NCBI GenBank assembly: GCA_045863235.1
Contig: BTUM01000019.1
Location: forward strand, 1 to 64,000
DNA from: Candidatus Xenobia bacterium
Lineage (GTDB): Bacteria; Vulcanimicrobiota; Xenobia; Xenobiales; QWHO01
Length of the DNA: 64,000 nt
Direction of reading: 5' to 3'
Shown here: positions 1 to 9,806 of the stretch, piece after piece
How positions within the stretch are numbered: position 1 is the stretch's first letter
Layout: every line of letters starts with the position of its first letter
Notes under the pieces: generated by a model
The model's database searches: none
Seen by the model: only the letters and a program-made list of their open reading frames with translations
Told to the model about the DNA's origin: nothing
Made by a program: the position numbers and the translations under genes

Positions 1-205
1 CCGCTGGTCGAGCCACCGCTGGTCGAGCCGCCCGTGGTCGAGCCACCGCTGGTCGAGCCGCCGCTGGTCGAGCCACCCGTGGTCGAGCCGCCGCTGGTCG
101 AGCCACCGCTGTTCGAGCCCCCGCTGGTCGAGCCACCGTTGTTCGAGCCCCCGCTATTCGAGCCCCCGCTGTTCCCGCCGCCATTCGAGCCACCGCTGTT
201 CCCGC
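1..205. repeat. 15-bp coding tandem repeat (ccgctggtcgagcca/g) encoding (GGSTS/GGSNS)n on the minus strand
   Basis: About 13 degenerate units are directly visible and continue off the window edge. Confidence 0.95.
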
Positions 206-1556
206 CACCCTTGCCCTTGCTCTTGCCCGACCTCTCCTTGATGGCGACCAGGGCCCACTTGCCATTGCCGTTGAGTTTTAGTCCAGCCAGCGACTGGTCG
301 TAGTGAATCTTGGAGTTCGCGCCACGCATGGTGATGTCTTGCGCCATGATGGCCCCGAAGATCTCTCCCGTATCCAGCACGCCGTGGGTCTGGGCTCCCG
401 AGGCCACCAGGCTGGCCGATGAAGCCTGATCGACCTTAAACGTCGTGTCGCTTCCAACGAAGTAGACCTGAAGATTGGCAGGTTTGCCGTTCACACCTGC
501 AGTGTCTACATTGAGGCGGCTCTGAGCGGTCACGTCCAGGTCTCCCTTGACATAGAGCACCACCGGAGCGGTCGTGGACGGGTCGATTTGCAGGTCCACG
601 TTGGCCAGGTCGATATCGCGGTCAAAGTAGTAATCGCCTGCGGTGAGGATCAGCGTTGCTCGGGCTCCGCCCGAGCTGCCTGCGCTCAGATCCCGATAGG
701 CGCCTGGAGGAAGCGTGTAACTCGTCCCTGCTGCAACGGTGACCGAGTTGCGAGCGGTTCTCGGGTCCAGAGTCGGCTCCCACAGAGGAATGCGCCGCGT
801 CCCGGCCTGGTTGCGCGGTGTCCCTGTCAGGGTAACGCTTCCCGCCAGTTGAACGATGGCGGCCGGGTCGGTCGCATCCGGAGCCACCAACAGATCGCCG
901 TCAATAGCCGTGTTTCCAGCCACCCGAATGGCGCCCAGCACTCCCATGTTGGTCGCCAGGCTGGCTGCCTTCGTGTAGGTGGTGGAATCGGCAGGATTGA
1001 AGGGGCTGGTCCCCGGATAGGCGCTCAAAGCGGAATTCCAGGCGTCGATCCACGAGTCGCTCTGGATGTCGATAGCGCCGTCCGCCAGGCCAGCAAAATC
1101 GAAGACGGGCTTGGCCCGGATGGCCAGAGCGGAATAGCCGGAAATGCTGACGCGAGTGCTGCTTCCTTCGATGTAGCCCACCGAGTAGATGTAGACTGCT
1201 CCCGGAGGAATGTCAGAATCATCCGGAGCCTTGATCATTTGGGGGGTCCCATTGGCCAGAAGCTGCACGGTGTAACGCAGCTTGGGGTCGGCCGCGAGGG
1301 AGTCGTCGATGGTGGGCGGTGGGCTCTGAGGGGGATTGGTGAACTGGACGATCCCACTATCGACTGCCAGCTCACGCAAGCCCCGCTGCAGACCGGCGCT
1401 GGCCGCGTAGCGGCATTGCTCTCGGATGTTTGTGTCCAGGGCGTGACCCTTGTTGAGGAAGACCGCCTGGGTGGCCACCACCGCCATCCCGAACAGCAGA
1501 GCGCTGATGAAGATGATCACCGCCAGGGACATACCCTTGTGAACAGAGCGCTTCAT
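1..1556 (-). CDS. PilX/PulK-like minor pilin or pilus-tip protein with C-terminal GGSTS repeat tail (3' end runs off window)
   Basis: Absent from the ORF track because it has no stop in the window. ATG at 1556 follows GGAGGA. Translation begins MKRSVHKG|MSLAVIIFISALLFGMAV (class III signal-like, no Glu5), includes 'YAASAGL', and stays open to base 1. It follows two pilin-like genes. Confidence 0.7.
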   Translation of the reverse strand, partial: MKRSVHKGMSLAVIIFISALLFGMAVVATQAVFLNKGHALDTNIREQCRYAASAGLQRGLRELAVDSGIVQFTNPPQSPPPTIDDSLAADPKLRYTVQLLANGTPQMIKAPDDSDIPPGAVYIYSVGYIEGSSTRVSISGYSALAIRAKPVFDFAGLADGAIDIQSDSWIDAWNSALSAYPGTSPFNPADSTTYTKAASLATNMGVLGAIRVAGNTAIDGDLLVAPDATDPAAIVQLAGSVTLTGTPRNQAGTRRIPLWEPTLDPRTARNSVTVAAGTSYTLPPGAYRDLSAGSSGGARATLILTAGDYYFDRDIDLANVDLQIDPSTTAPVVLYVKGDLDVTAQSRLNVDTAGVNGKPANLQVYFVGSDTTFKVDQASSASLVASGAQTHGVLDTGEIFGAIMAQDITMRGANSKIHYDQSLAGLKLNGNGKWALVAIKERSGKSKGKGGGNSGGSNGGGNSGGSNSGGSNNGGSTSGGSNSGGSTSGGSTTGGSTSGGSTSGGSTTGGSTSGGSTS

Positions 1557-1565
1557 CTGGTCCTC

Positions 1566-2210
1566 CTAGTTGCGAGGTCTCACCTTGACGGTCAGGTTGG
1601 TCTCAAAGCTGCGATCGAACTCGGTGCGCGCAACGGTCAACTCGATTTGAATCGGATTGGTGCCTGAAAACCGGATTGAGGAGACATTGTGAGCCACGCT
1701 CCGGACCGGGACGGCCAGGGCGCGGTAGTAGTTCAGGGTCTGGGTGGGCAGGGGAAGAGGGGGCACCAGGGGGGCCGGCACCACGTTGAGGTCGGGATGG
1801 TCGAGGTACTGCTCCTTGCGAACCAACGAGGGAACCCCGTTGATGTCCTGCTGGAAGTAGCAGACGAACTTGGGCCAGCGGATCATCCCACTGTTGTCGA
1901 TGAAGATGTTGTTCGAGCGGTCCCTGGGGGAGGCAAACAAGAGACCGGGGGGGTTATCAAAGACCAGGACCGTCCTGGGATTGGTCTCCCCGATCTCGCG
2001 GGTGAGCCACATCAATGCGTGCAGGCTGTCTTGCTGGAGCTCGAGACCGGTGGCAGTGGCCCGGTGATAGCGCATGCCGGCGACCAACATGACGTAGATG
2101 CTGCCCAGCACCAGGGCCATCAGACCGGCGCTCACCATGGTCTCGAGCAGGCTGAAACCCGCCGGCATCTCAATAGAGCGTGAAGAGAAGCGTCTCGAGG
2201 TGAGTCTCAT
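1566..2210 (-). CDS. Prepilin-type N-terminal cleavage/methylation protein (PilW/PulJ-like)
   Basis: AG|FSLLETMVSAGLMALVLG class III signal with Glu5. The true start may be the internal Met (MPAGFSLLE). Confidence 0.8.
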   Translation of the reverse strand: MRLTSRRFSSRSIEMPAGFSLLETMVSAGLMALVLGSIYVMLVAGMRYHRATATGLELQQDSLHALMWLTREIGETNPRTVLVFDNPPGLLFASPRDRSNNIFIDNSGMIRWPKFVCYFQQDINGVPSLVRKEQYLDHPDLNVVPAPLVPPLPLPTQTLNYYRALAVPVRSVAHNVSSIRFSGTNPIQIELTVARTEFDRSFETNLTVKVRPRN

Positions 2211-2571
2211 GCTCGATTCCGCCCTCCTTCCAGAACACGTGAACGACGACGTCCTTCATATCCGAAGTATCCACCACACCTACAGACCACTCATAGACAA
2301 CCGTCCGGGTAGCTCCGTTGACCTTGTGAGTCAACGTAATGGGAGGCTGGGAGCCCCTCGGGAGGGCAACGATGGCGCTGGTGGCGTTTGAGAGCTGCTC
2401 CTCCATGAGCTGCTTGCAGACGTAGGTTGCCACCAGTCGCGATTGAGACATCGCCAGCAAACGATAATGAGAAAACCAGAGGGAAACCAGCGAAACCGTG
2501 ATGGTCGCGAACAACAGTGACGCAATCACGGTCTCTAGGAGGCTCAGTCCCCGTCCTGCAACAGATCGCAA
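2170..2571 (-). CDS. Prepilin-type protein (PilV/PulI-like)
   Basis: RG|LSLLETVIASLLF class III signal; C-terminal 'VVVHVFW' strand typical of minor pilins. Confidence 0.8.
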   Translation of the reverse strand: MRSVAGRGLSLLETVIASLLFATITVSLVSLWFSHYRLLAMSQSRLVATYVCKQLMEEQLSNATSAIVALPRGSQPPITLTHKVNGATRTVVYEWSVGVVDTSDMKDVVVHVFWKEGGIEHETHLETLLFTLY

Positions 2572-2657
2572 GCATATCCTCTAGCACCAATAGGGTTGGC
2601 CATGGAGCGCAATGCGCCCCCACCCGAAGGATACCAGAGAATCCACCCGGTGTCAGT

Positions 2658-3149
2658 CTACCAGGGAAGCCAGGGACGGAAGAATGCGAGGGCGGCAGGA
2701 TCTGCCTGGTTGACGGTCCACAGGTGCAGGCCCAACCCGAATTGACCCAACCCGTAGCCCGCCAGCACCATCTGCCCGACAGCCACATAGCCGCTGGCGA
2801 ACTGCCCCAGGCCAAAGGCCAGGCCGCCGGCGATCTGGCCCACCGCGACCAGGCCAAAGGTGAACTGGCCCAACCCGAAGACGAGTCCTACTCCGAACTG
2901 GGCCAGAGTCAAGAGCCCGACAGCGAACTGACCAATGGCGATGATCCCGCGGGCTACCCGCAGGCGGCCATCGGCGTCCCGCCCGAAGGCAATGTGAATC
3001 AGGGGCCAGCCAGCGACCTGTTGGCGACTCTTCCACTCATAACCCCAGCCCCGGAAGCTCTGTTGGGTGGGCTTGGGAGCTCCGCAGCGCGGACAGGTCG
3101 TCGCCTGTGTGCTGACATGGGTTTCGCATTCGCGGCACGGCTTGAGCAT
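2658..3149 (-). CDS. Zinc-ribbon membrane protein
   Basis: CRECx10CPRC zinc ribbon followed by Gly-rich hydrophobic GQF/GQI repeats; GGAGG upstream. Confidence 0.7.
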   Translation of the reverse strand: MLKPCRECETHVSTQATTCPRCGAPKPTQQSFRGWGYEWKSRQQVAGWPLIHIAFGRDADGRLRVARGIIAIGQFAVGLLTLAQFGVGLVFGLGQFTFGLVAVGQIAGGLAFGLGQFASGYVAVGQMVLAGYGLGQFGLGLHLWTVNQADPAALAFFRPWLPW

Positions 3150-3365
3150 GGCTTCATACCTCCCAGTCCAGCATAGCAGGTGATCCTACCAAGGTGCCCG
3201 GGGCACAGTTCCGGCGGCCCCCACGGATGCCTTCCGAGCCAGCCTCAGAGATCAAACGTTCTGAAGACTCCGCCGCGGTCGTCCGAATTTTAACCTCCGG
3301 TTCTCACCAGCCGCCCGGCTTCATTTTACACTGTGCGCGTCAAAAACCGACCAGCAGGAGGCGGC

Positions 3366-4994
3366 GTGGCAGTTTCGACCGGCTTGAGCATCCCCACCTC
3401 GGTGACGTCTTATGTTTCCCGGCAACCCGGAGCAGAGCACAATCCGGCCCCCCCGCTGCGCCCCGCCGACCGCTTTCTGGCCACCGCTCAGCGACCCCTG
3501 TGGTCGCAAGCTGACCTGAGCGCGCTACGAGCCCTGGTAACCGAGACCAAGACCGAGTCCTCAGCGGCTTTTCCCGCTCCGGTTGCCTCCGGGGTTCCTC
3601 ACCCCTCGCCTCCTCCCCTCGACGTCAAAGAACGCAAGTGGAAAGACGACATCATCTACTTCATGCTCACCGACCGCTTCCACGACGGCGATCCGAGTAA
3701 CAATTTCGGGGTAGAGAAGGGCAACATCCACCGCTGGAACGGGGGGGACCTGAAGGGCGCGACCGAAAAACTCGACTATATCAAGAGCCTGGGAGCTACG
3801 GCGGTGTGGATCACGCCTCCCATGGCCAATCAGGATACCTTCATCAACACGGATGGCTATCACGGCTACTGGCCCATCGATCACTTCACCGTCGACAAGC
3901 ACATGGGCACCATGGAGACCTTCAAGGAGTTCGTCGAGACCGCCCACGAGAAGGGGATCAAAGTGCTGCTCGACATCCCGCTCAATCATACCGCCTGGGA
4001 GCACCCCTACTGGACCGATCCAGCCAAGTATGACTGGTATCACCACAATGGCGACGTCACCGACTGGGACGACGAGTGGCAAGCCGAGAACTGCTCCATC
4101 TTCGGACTGCCCGACCTGGCTCAGGAAAGCCCGGTGGTGGAGAAATACCTGATGGACGTGGGCAAGTTCTGGGCCGCCACGGGGGTAGATGGCTTCCGGC
4201 TCGATGCCGTCAAGAACGTGCCCAAGTCGTTCTGGGCAAAATTCAATAAAGAGATGCACGAGTTCGCCGGCGACGACTTCTACCTGGTGGGCGAGTACTA
4301 CCATGGCGACCCGTCAAAGTACCCCGTCTTCCAACACCAGGACATGGACGGCCTGGTGGACTATCCTCTCTACTACACCATCGATGACGTCTTCGCCAAA
4401 GGCGATAGCATGCGCAAGCTGGCCGGACGCATGGCCGAATGCCACCAGCACTACCCGCACCCCGAGATGATGAGCGTTTTCCTGGACAACCACGACACCA
4501 AGCGCTTCCTCACCAAGGCCGGGGGGGATCGGGACAAGCTCAAGCTGGCCCTGGCCTTTGCCATGACGATCAACCGCATCCCCACGATCTACTACGGGAC
4601 CGAAGTCTCCATGGAAAGCGACAACGAGGGCTGGAGCGAGACCAGCCGACGCCCCATGGAGTGGAACAAGGACCCCAACATGCTGGCTCACTTCCAAAAG
4701 CTGGCCGCCATCCGCAACGACTCCATCGCCCTGCGCGAGGGCTCCTTCCTGGAGATGTGGCAGGATGACCAGGTCTTCGCCTACGGCCGTGTCCACGAGC
4801 AAGGCGAGGCGGTGGTGGTGCTGAACAACTCCACTGACCGGCAAACGCGTGACATCCCCGTCCGGGCCGAGAGCAAGCTCAAGGATGGAGCCGTGCTGAA
4901 AGACCTCATGTCGGGCAAGACCGTGACCGTGCAGAACGGGCGTATCCAGTGTGAAGTCGACCGCAAGAGCGCCGGCATCTACCTGCCCGTGTGA
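3366..4994 (+). CDS. GH13 alpha-amylase family glycosidase with low-complexity N-terminal leader
   Basis: YFMLTDRF, GGDLKG, YHGYW, GFRLDAVK, GEYY and FLDNHD motifs; GTG at 3366 after AGGAGG. Confidence 0.9.
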   Translation: MAVSTGLSIPTSVTSYVSRQPGAEHNPAPPLRPADRFLATAQRPLWSQADLSALRALVTETKTESSAAFPAPVASGVPHPSPPPLDVKERKWKDDIIYFMLTDRFHDGDPSNNFGVEKGNIHRWNGGDLKGATEKLDYIKSLGATAVWITPPMANQDTFINTDGYHGYWPIDHFTVDKHMGTMETFKEFVETAHEKGIKVLLDIPLNHTAWEHPYWTDPAKYDWYHHNGDVTDWDDEWQAENCSIFGLPDLAQESPVVEKYLMDVGKFWAATGVDGFRLDAVKNVPKSFWAKFNKEMHEFAGDDFYLVGEYYHGDPSKYPVFQHQDMDGLVDYPLYYTIDDVFAKGDSMRKLAGRMAECHQHYPHPEMMSVFLDNHDTKRFLTKAGGDRDKLKLALAFAMTINRIPTIYYGTEVSMESDNEGWSETSRRPMEWNKDPNMLAHFQKLAAIRNDSIALREGSFLEMWQDDQVFAYGRVHEQGEAVVVLNNSTDRQTRDIPVRAESKLKDGAVLKDLMSGKTVTVQNGRIQCEVDRKSAGIYLPV

Positions 4995-6751
4995 GCAGGC
5001 TTCTTCTCTTGAGCCTGGCTCTGACGCTGGGCGCAATGGCTGAAGAGCCCTCCTGGTCGGAGCGTGCGGTCTGGTATCAGATCTTTCCAGAGCGGTTCTG
5101 CAACGGAGACCCGGGCAACGATCCGCGGCTTGTCGACCAGCAAGGGGCATGGCCGCACGACCACGAGTCGACCTGGCAGCTGCACCCCTGGACCTCCGAT
5201 TGGTATCATCTACAACCTTATGAGCGGGCCAACGGGAAAGACATCTGGTTCAACCTGCAGCGACGCCGTTACGGCGGAGACCTGCAAGGCATCCTGGACC
5301 GGCTCGACTACCTCCAGGACCTGGGAGTGGACGCGCTCTACCTCAACCCGATCTTCATCGCTCCCTCCCAGCACAAGTATGACGCCGCCCTCTACCACCA
5401 CGTAGATCCCACCTTTGGCCCCGACCCCGAGGGTGATCGCCGGCTCATGGCCGCCGAGGACCCGGCCGATCCCCGCACCTGGAAGTGGACGGCGGCAGAT
5501 CGCCTGGCTCTGAAGCTGATCAAGGAGTGCCACCGACGAGGGATGCGGATCATCCTTGACGGGGTTTTCAACCACATCGGCCAGACCTCGCCCTTTTTCC
5601 TGGACGTGGTGGAAAACCAGCAGAAATCACCCTACGCGGACTGGTTTACGGTCACCAGCTGGGCCCCCGACTTCAAGTATGAAGGCTGGTTCGGTGTCAA
5701 GGAATTGCCTGAGTGGCGCGAGGACGAGCAAGGCATCGTCCGCGGCCCGCGCGACTATATCTTCGCCGTGACCCGGCGCTGGATGGCTCCGGAAGGACGC
5801 GTCGAGGACGGCGTGGATGGCTGGCGCCTGGATGTGGCCTTCTGCGTCAAGCACGCGTTCTGGAAGGATTGGTCTCGACTGGTGCGCTCGATCAACCCGC
5901 AAGCCTATATGACAGCTGAAGTCATCGACACGGTGGAGGCCAACCGGCCTTATCTGGAGGGCGACGAGTTCAGCGCCGTGATGAACTATAACTTCGCCTT
6001 CGCCAGCAGCGAGTTCTTCATCCGCGAGAAGGACCGTATCTCGGCCTCCCAGCTGGACAAGCTCCTGCGCGAGTTGCGCGAGGCCTATCCGGGTCGCACC
6101 GCCTACCGCATGCAGAACCTGGTGGGTAGCCACGACACGGCTCGGGTGGCCTCCCACATCGTCAATCGTGAGCGGCTCGACTACCGCGACTGGGCCCGTT
6201 ACTGCGACGCTTCTCGGGCTACCAACCCCGCCTGGGACACTCGCGCTCCCCGAGGCGACGAGAAAAATACCCAGAAGCTGCTGGCCACCTTCCAGATGAC
6301 CTGTGTGGGCGCGCCGATGATCTACTACGGCGACGAAGCGGGCATGTGGGGGGCCAACGACCCCGACGACCGCAAGCCCATGGTGTGGGAGGAGCTCGAC
6401 TACGAGCCCGAGCGAGTCAACGCGGACGGCAGCGAGCGCACTCCGCCGGACCCGGTGGCTTTTGACCGAGACCTGTTCGAGCACTACCAACGCTTGATCG
6501 CCCTTCGCAAGAAGCACGAGGCGCTCCAGACAGGCGACTTCACGACCGTTGTGGCCGACGACGACCTCTACGGCTTTGTCCGCTCGCTGGGTCAAGAACG
6601 CGTGCTGGTGCTCTTCAACGTGGGACGTAGAGAGCGCGCTTTCGAGCTGAACGGGGATCATACCGACCTTCTCGGGAATCATACCGTGTCGGGAAGGATC
6701 ACGCTGGCTCCCCGATCGGCCGTCCTGCTGGCCCCTATCCAGACCAATTGA
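4991..6751 (+). CDS. Secreted GH13 neopullulanase/cyclomaltodextrinase-like glycosidase
   Basis: Signal peptide; WYQIFPERF, GGDLQG, DGVFNH, GWRLDVA, GSHD and YYGDE motifs; GTGA overlap with the upstream gene. Confidence 0.9.
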   Translation: MSRLLLLSLALTLGAMAEEPSWSERAVWYQIFPERFCNGDPGNDPRLVDQQGAWPHDHESTWQLHPWTSDWYHLQPYERANGKDIWFNLQRRRYGGDLQGILDRLDYLQDLGVDALYLNPIFIAPSQHKYDAALYHHVDPTFGPDPEGDRRLMAAEDPADPRTWKWTAADRLALKLIKECHRRGMRIILDGVFNHIGQTSPFFLDVVENQQKSPYADWFTVTSWAPDFKYEGWFGVKELPEWREDEQGIVRGPRDYIFAVTRRWMAPEGRVEDGVDGWRLDVAFCVKHAFWKDWSRLVRSINPQAYMTAEVIDTVEANRPYLEGDEFSAVMNYNFAFASSEFFIREKDRISASQLDKLLRELREAYPGRTAYRMQNLVGSHDTARVASHIVNRERLDYRDWARYCDASRATNPAWDTRAPRGDEKNTQKLLATFQMTCVGAPMIYYGDEAGMWGANDPDDRKPMVWEELDYEPERVNADGSERTPPDPVAFDRDLFEHYQRLIALRKKHEALQTGDFTTVVADDDLYGFVRSLGQERVLVLFNVGRRERAFELNGDHTDLLGNHTVSGRITLAPRSAVLLAPIQTN

Positions 6752-6872
6752 TCTGCCAAGAATGGCGGACACGGCCCCGTTGGGCCCGTCGTCGAGGATC
6801 CCCGCGCCTCCGAGCTCGCAGGTGCCCCCCGGAATGCTATTCTTGAGCTACCAAGTCGAACGGAGGGAAACA

Positions 6873-7127
6873 ATGAGAGAAACGCGTTACAGCCGGTCCA
6901 CCAGGAAGTCCAGCCCGGCCAACGTCCTGATCTTCCTGGTCTTGCTCGCCGTGGCGGTGTGGTTCTTGTTCCCCATCCTGGCCGAAGCGCTGCTGGGAGT
7001 CTTCCTGGCCGGCGGCCTGGTGCTGGCTCTGGGGCTGATGGCCCTGAAGTACGGACTGATCGTGGCCGCCTTCGGATTCGGCCTCTGGATGCTCTCGGCC
7101 CTCTGCTTCGGCGGACGCCGCCAATAA
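6873..7127 (+). CDS. Small membrane protein
   Basis: GGAGG RBS, basic N-terminus then long hydrophobic segments; followed by a terminator hairpin. Confidence 0.7.
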   Translation: MRETRYSRSTRKSSPANVLIFLVLLAVAVWFLFPILAEALLGVFLAGGLVLALGLMALKYGLIVAAFGFGLWMLSALCFGGRRQ

Positions 7128-7144
7128 GCGACTCAAACCGCCTT

Positions 7145-7180
7145 GAGAAGCCTGCGCGATGTGCGCAGGCTTCTCTGGTT
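7145..7180 (+). terminator. Intrinsic terminator-like hairpin
   Basis: Perfect 13-bp stem gagaagcctgcgc / gcgcaggcttctc with 5-nt loop. Confidence 0.7.
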
Positions 7181-7318
7181 GTTGCAGGTTGAATCCTGTT
7201 AAACGAAACGCTGATCTTGGACGCCTTTGCAGGAACCCCGCGGCCCGAAAACTAATCCCCCGCCGTCTTCCCCTATCGGGAAGCTGCTTTTTCCGAAGTA
7301 GAAGGAGGGTTTCACACC

Positions 7319-8335
7319 ATGCCTACCCGCGTTGGCATTAACGGTTTTGGCCGCATCGGCCGTCAGTCATTGAAAGCGATGATGGAGCGCTATCCCGACA
7401 TCGAGATCGTGGCCATCAACGACCTGGTAAGCCCTGAGGCGAATGCCCACCTGTTCAAGTACGACTCCAATTACGGGGTCTTTCAGGGTGAGGTGAAGGC
7501 CGAGGGCGGCGATCTGGTGATCAACGGAAAGCGCATCAAGGTTCTGGCCGAGAAAGATCCGGCCAACCTGCCCTGGAAGGACCTCGATGTTCAGATCGTG
7601 CTCGAGAGCACGGGCCTGTTCACTGACAAGGAGAAGGCCTCCAAGCATCTGGCCGCCGGGGCCAAGAAAGTGGTCATCAGCGCCCCCGCCAAAGGCGAGG
7701 ACATCACCATCGTGCTGGGCGTCAACCACGAGCATTACGATGCCGACAAGCACCACATCATCTCCAACGCCTCCTGCACCACCAACTGCCTGGCGCCGGC
7801 CGCCAAGGTCGTCAACGACAAGTGGGGCATCGAGAACGGTCTGATGACCACCATTCACAGCTATACCAACGACCAGCGCATCCTCGACCTTCCCCACAGC
7901 GACCTGCGTCGCGCTCGGGCAGCCGCGCTGAACATCATTCCCACCACTACCGGCGCGGCTAAAGCCGTGGCTCTGGCCATCCCCGAGTTGAAGGGCAAGT
8001 TCGACGGTTTCTCGCTGCGCGTCCCGACCCCGACGGTCAGTATCGTTGACTTCGTCTGCGTGCTCAAGAAGCCGGCCACTGCCGACGAGCTCAAGCAGGC
8101 CTTCCGCGAGGCAGCCAACGGTCCGCTCAAAGGCATCCTGGAAGCCTGCGACGAGCCGCTCGTCAGCATGGACTTCAAGGGGAACCCGGCTAGCTCGATC
8201 GTCGATCTGGCCTGCACCATGGTCAACGGCAACCTGGCCAAGATCGTCACCTGGTATGACAATGAGTGGGGCTACTCGAGCCGCGTGGCCGACCTCATCA
8301 ACTATATGACCACCAAGAAGCTCGTACTGGCCTGA
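7319..8335 (+). CDS. gap: Glyceraldehyde-3-phosphate dehydrogenase type I
   Basis: [26 protein letters not shown]. Confidence 0.98.
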   Translation: MPTRVGINGFGRIGRQSLKAMMERYPDIEIVAINDLVSPEANAHLFKYDSNYGVFQGEVKAEGGDLVINGKRIKVLAEKDPANLPWKDLDVQIVLESTGLFTDKEKASKHLAAGAKKVVISAPAKGEDITIVLGVNHEHYDADKHHIISNASCTTNCLAPAAKVVNDKWGIENGLMTTIHSYTNDQRILDLPHSDLRRARAAALNIIPTTTGAAKAVALAIPELKGKFDGFSLRVPTPTVSIVDFVCVLKKPATADELKQAFREAANGPLKGILEACDEPLVSMDFKGNPASSIVDLACTMVNGNLAKIVTWYDNEWGYSSRVADLINYMTTKKLVLA

Positions 8336-8496
8336 TCCGCTAGAAATCCGGCCGCACCCCTCCTGTGGTGTCGGAGGGAATCTCCGCCACCACAAGATGT
8401 TGTAGGCGGCCGGACTTCTAGCACAATATGTTGGGCGTCGCGCAGCCAGAAAACCGTGTCAAGGGGATTTCCGGCTGCGCTCCTCGCCCGGGCCCT

Positions 8497-8572
8497 CTAA
8501 GGCGCCGAGCTCAACAGATTGTCTCCAGTCCCGCGCGTTCTGACTCTGAAGAGGTCAACGCGCGGGACTGTA
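8497..8572 (+). repeat. REP-like palindromic element, copy A
   Basis: Hairpin cagtcccgcgcgtt...aacgcgcgggactg. 46/60 identical to the reverse complement of 36518-36577; exact 21-mer shared with 35326-35346. Confidence 0.8.
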
Positions 8573-8610
8573 GCCAGGGCCCGGGCCTCTGCAAGCAAAG
8601 GAGATTCATC

Positions 8611-9804
8611 ATGCAGCAAGCAACCGTTCGTGATCTGGAGACCCGGGGGAAACGGGTCCTGGTTCGAGTCGATTACAACGTTCCCCTCGAGGAGACCAGA
8701 GTCACCGACGACACCCGCATCGTGGCCTCGTTACCGACTCTACGCCACCTGCTCGAGCAGAAGGCAGCAGTGGTGCTGATGAGCCACCTGGGCCGACCCA
8801 AGGGCAAGGTCAACCCAAAGTACTCGCTGAAGCCCGCCGCCGAGCGCCTGGCCGAATTACTGGGACGGCCGGTCAAGATGGCCCCTGATTGCGTGGGCCC
8901 CGAGGCTCTGGCAATGAAGTTGGCGTTGGAGCCCGGGGAGGTTCTGCTGCTGGAGAATCTGCGCTTCCATCCCGAGGAGGAGGCCAACGACCGTGATTTC
9001 GCTCGTCAGCTCAGCGAGGGATGTGAGCAGTACGTCAACGACGCCTTCGGAGCCGCCCACCGGGCCCACGCTTCCACGGCCGCGGTGGCCGAGTTCCTGC
9101 CGGCAGTGGCGGGACTCTTGATGGAGCGTGAGTTGACCGAGCTCAGCAACCTGCTCACCCAACCAGAGCGACCCTTCGTGGCGATTCTGGGGGGGGCAAA
9201 GGTAGCCGACAAGATCGCCGTGCTTGAGTCGCTGGTCGAGAAGGCTGATACCATTTTAATCGGAGGGGGGATGTCGTTCACCTTCCTCAAGGCCCGCGGC
9301 AAGGAAATCGGTCGCTCCCTGCTCGACGACGTGCAACAGGCCGAGAAGGTAGAGCAGGCTGCCCGGGCCCGGGGCACGGAGATTCTGCTTCCGGTGGACG
9401 TGGTGGTTGCCCCTGAGATCAAGGAGGGCGTCCCCACCCGCACCGTCTCGGTGGACGAGATTCCGGCCGACCTGATGGGGCTGGACATCGGCCCGGAGAC
9501 GGCCCGAATCTTCGCCGACAAGATCAAGTCTGCCCGAACCATTTTCTGGAACGGGCCGCAAGGGGTGTTTGAAACTCCGCCCTTCGACATCGGCACTCGG
9601 GCCATCGCCACGGCCGTGGCCGAAAGCGCCGGTCGCAGCTGCGTGGGCGGAGGCGATTCAGTAGCCGCCATCACCCAGATGAACCTGGCCGAGAAGGTCA
9701 CCCACGTCTCCACTGGAGGGGGAGCTTCACTCGAGTTCCTCGAGGGTCGCGACCTTCCAGGCGTGACCGCTCTGAAAACCCGCGCCGCTCTGGGAGGTCG
9801 CTAG
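8611..9804 (+). CDS. pgk: Phosphoglycerate kinase
   Basis: RVDYNVP, SHLGRP, LLENLRF, GGAKVADK, HVSTGGGASLEFLEG; ATG 8611 after AAGGAG. Confidence 0.98.
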   Translation: MQQATVRDLETRGKRVLVRVDYNVPLEETRVTDDTRIVASLPTLRHLLEQKAAVVLMSHLGRPKGKVNPKYSLKPAAERLAELLGRPVKMAPDCVGPEALAMKLALEPGEVLLLENLRFHPEEEANDRDFARQLSEGCEQYVNDAFGAAHRAHASTAAVAEFLPAVAGLLMERELTELSNLLTQPERPFVAILGGAKVADKIAVLESLVEKADTILIGGGMSFTFLKARGKEIGRSLLDDVQQAEKVEQAARARGTEILLPVDVVVAPEIKEGVPTRTVSVDEIPADLMGLDIGPETARIFADKIKSARTIFWNGPQGVFETPPFDIGTRAIATAVAESAGRSCVGGGDSVAAITQMNLAEKVTHVSTGGGASLEFLEGRDLPGVTALKTRAALGGR

Positions 9805-9806
9805 CC

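Noticed and set aside
1..303. Repeat array as CRISPR, or the plus-strand (VEPPL)n ORF as a gene
   Set aside because: Units are contiguous 15-mers with no spacers, vary at codon positions and are in frame with the minus-strand pilin-like CDS.
588..1667. 359-aa plus-strand ORF
   Set aside because: Antisense shadow of the minus-strand PilX-like gene; no RBS or motifs.
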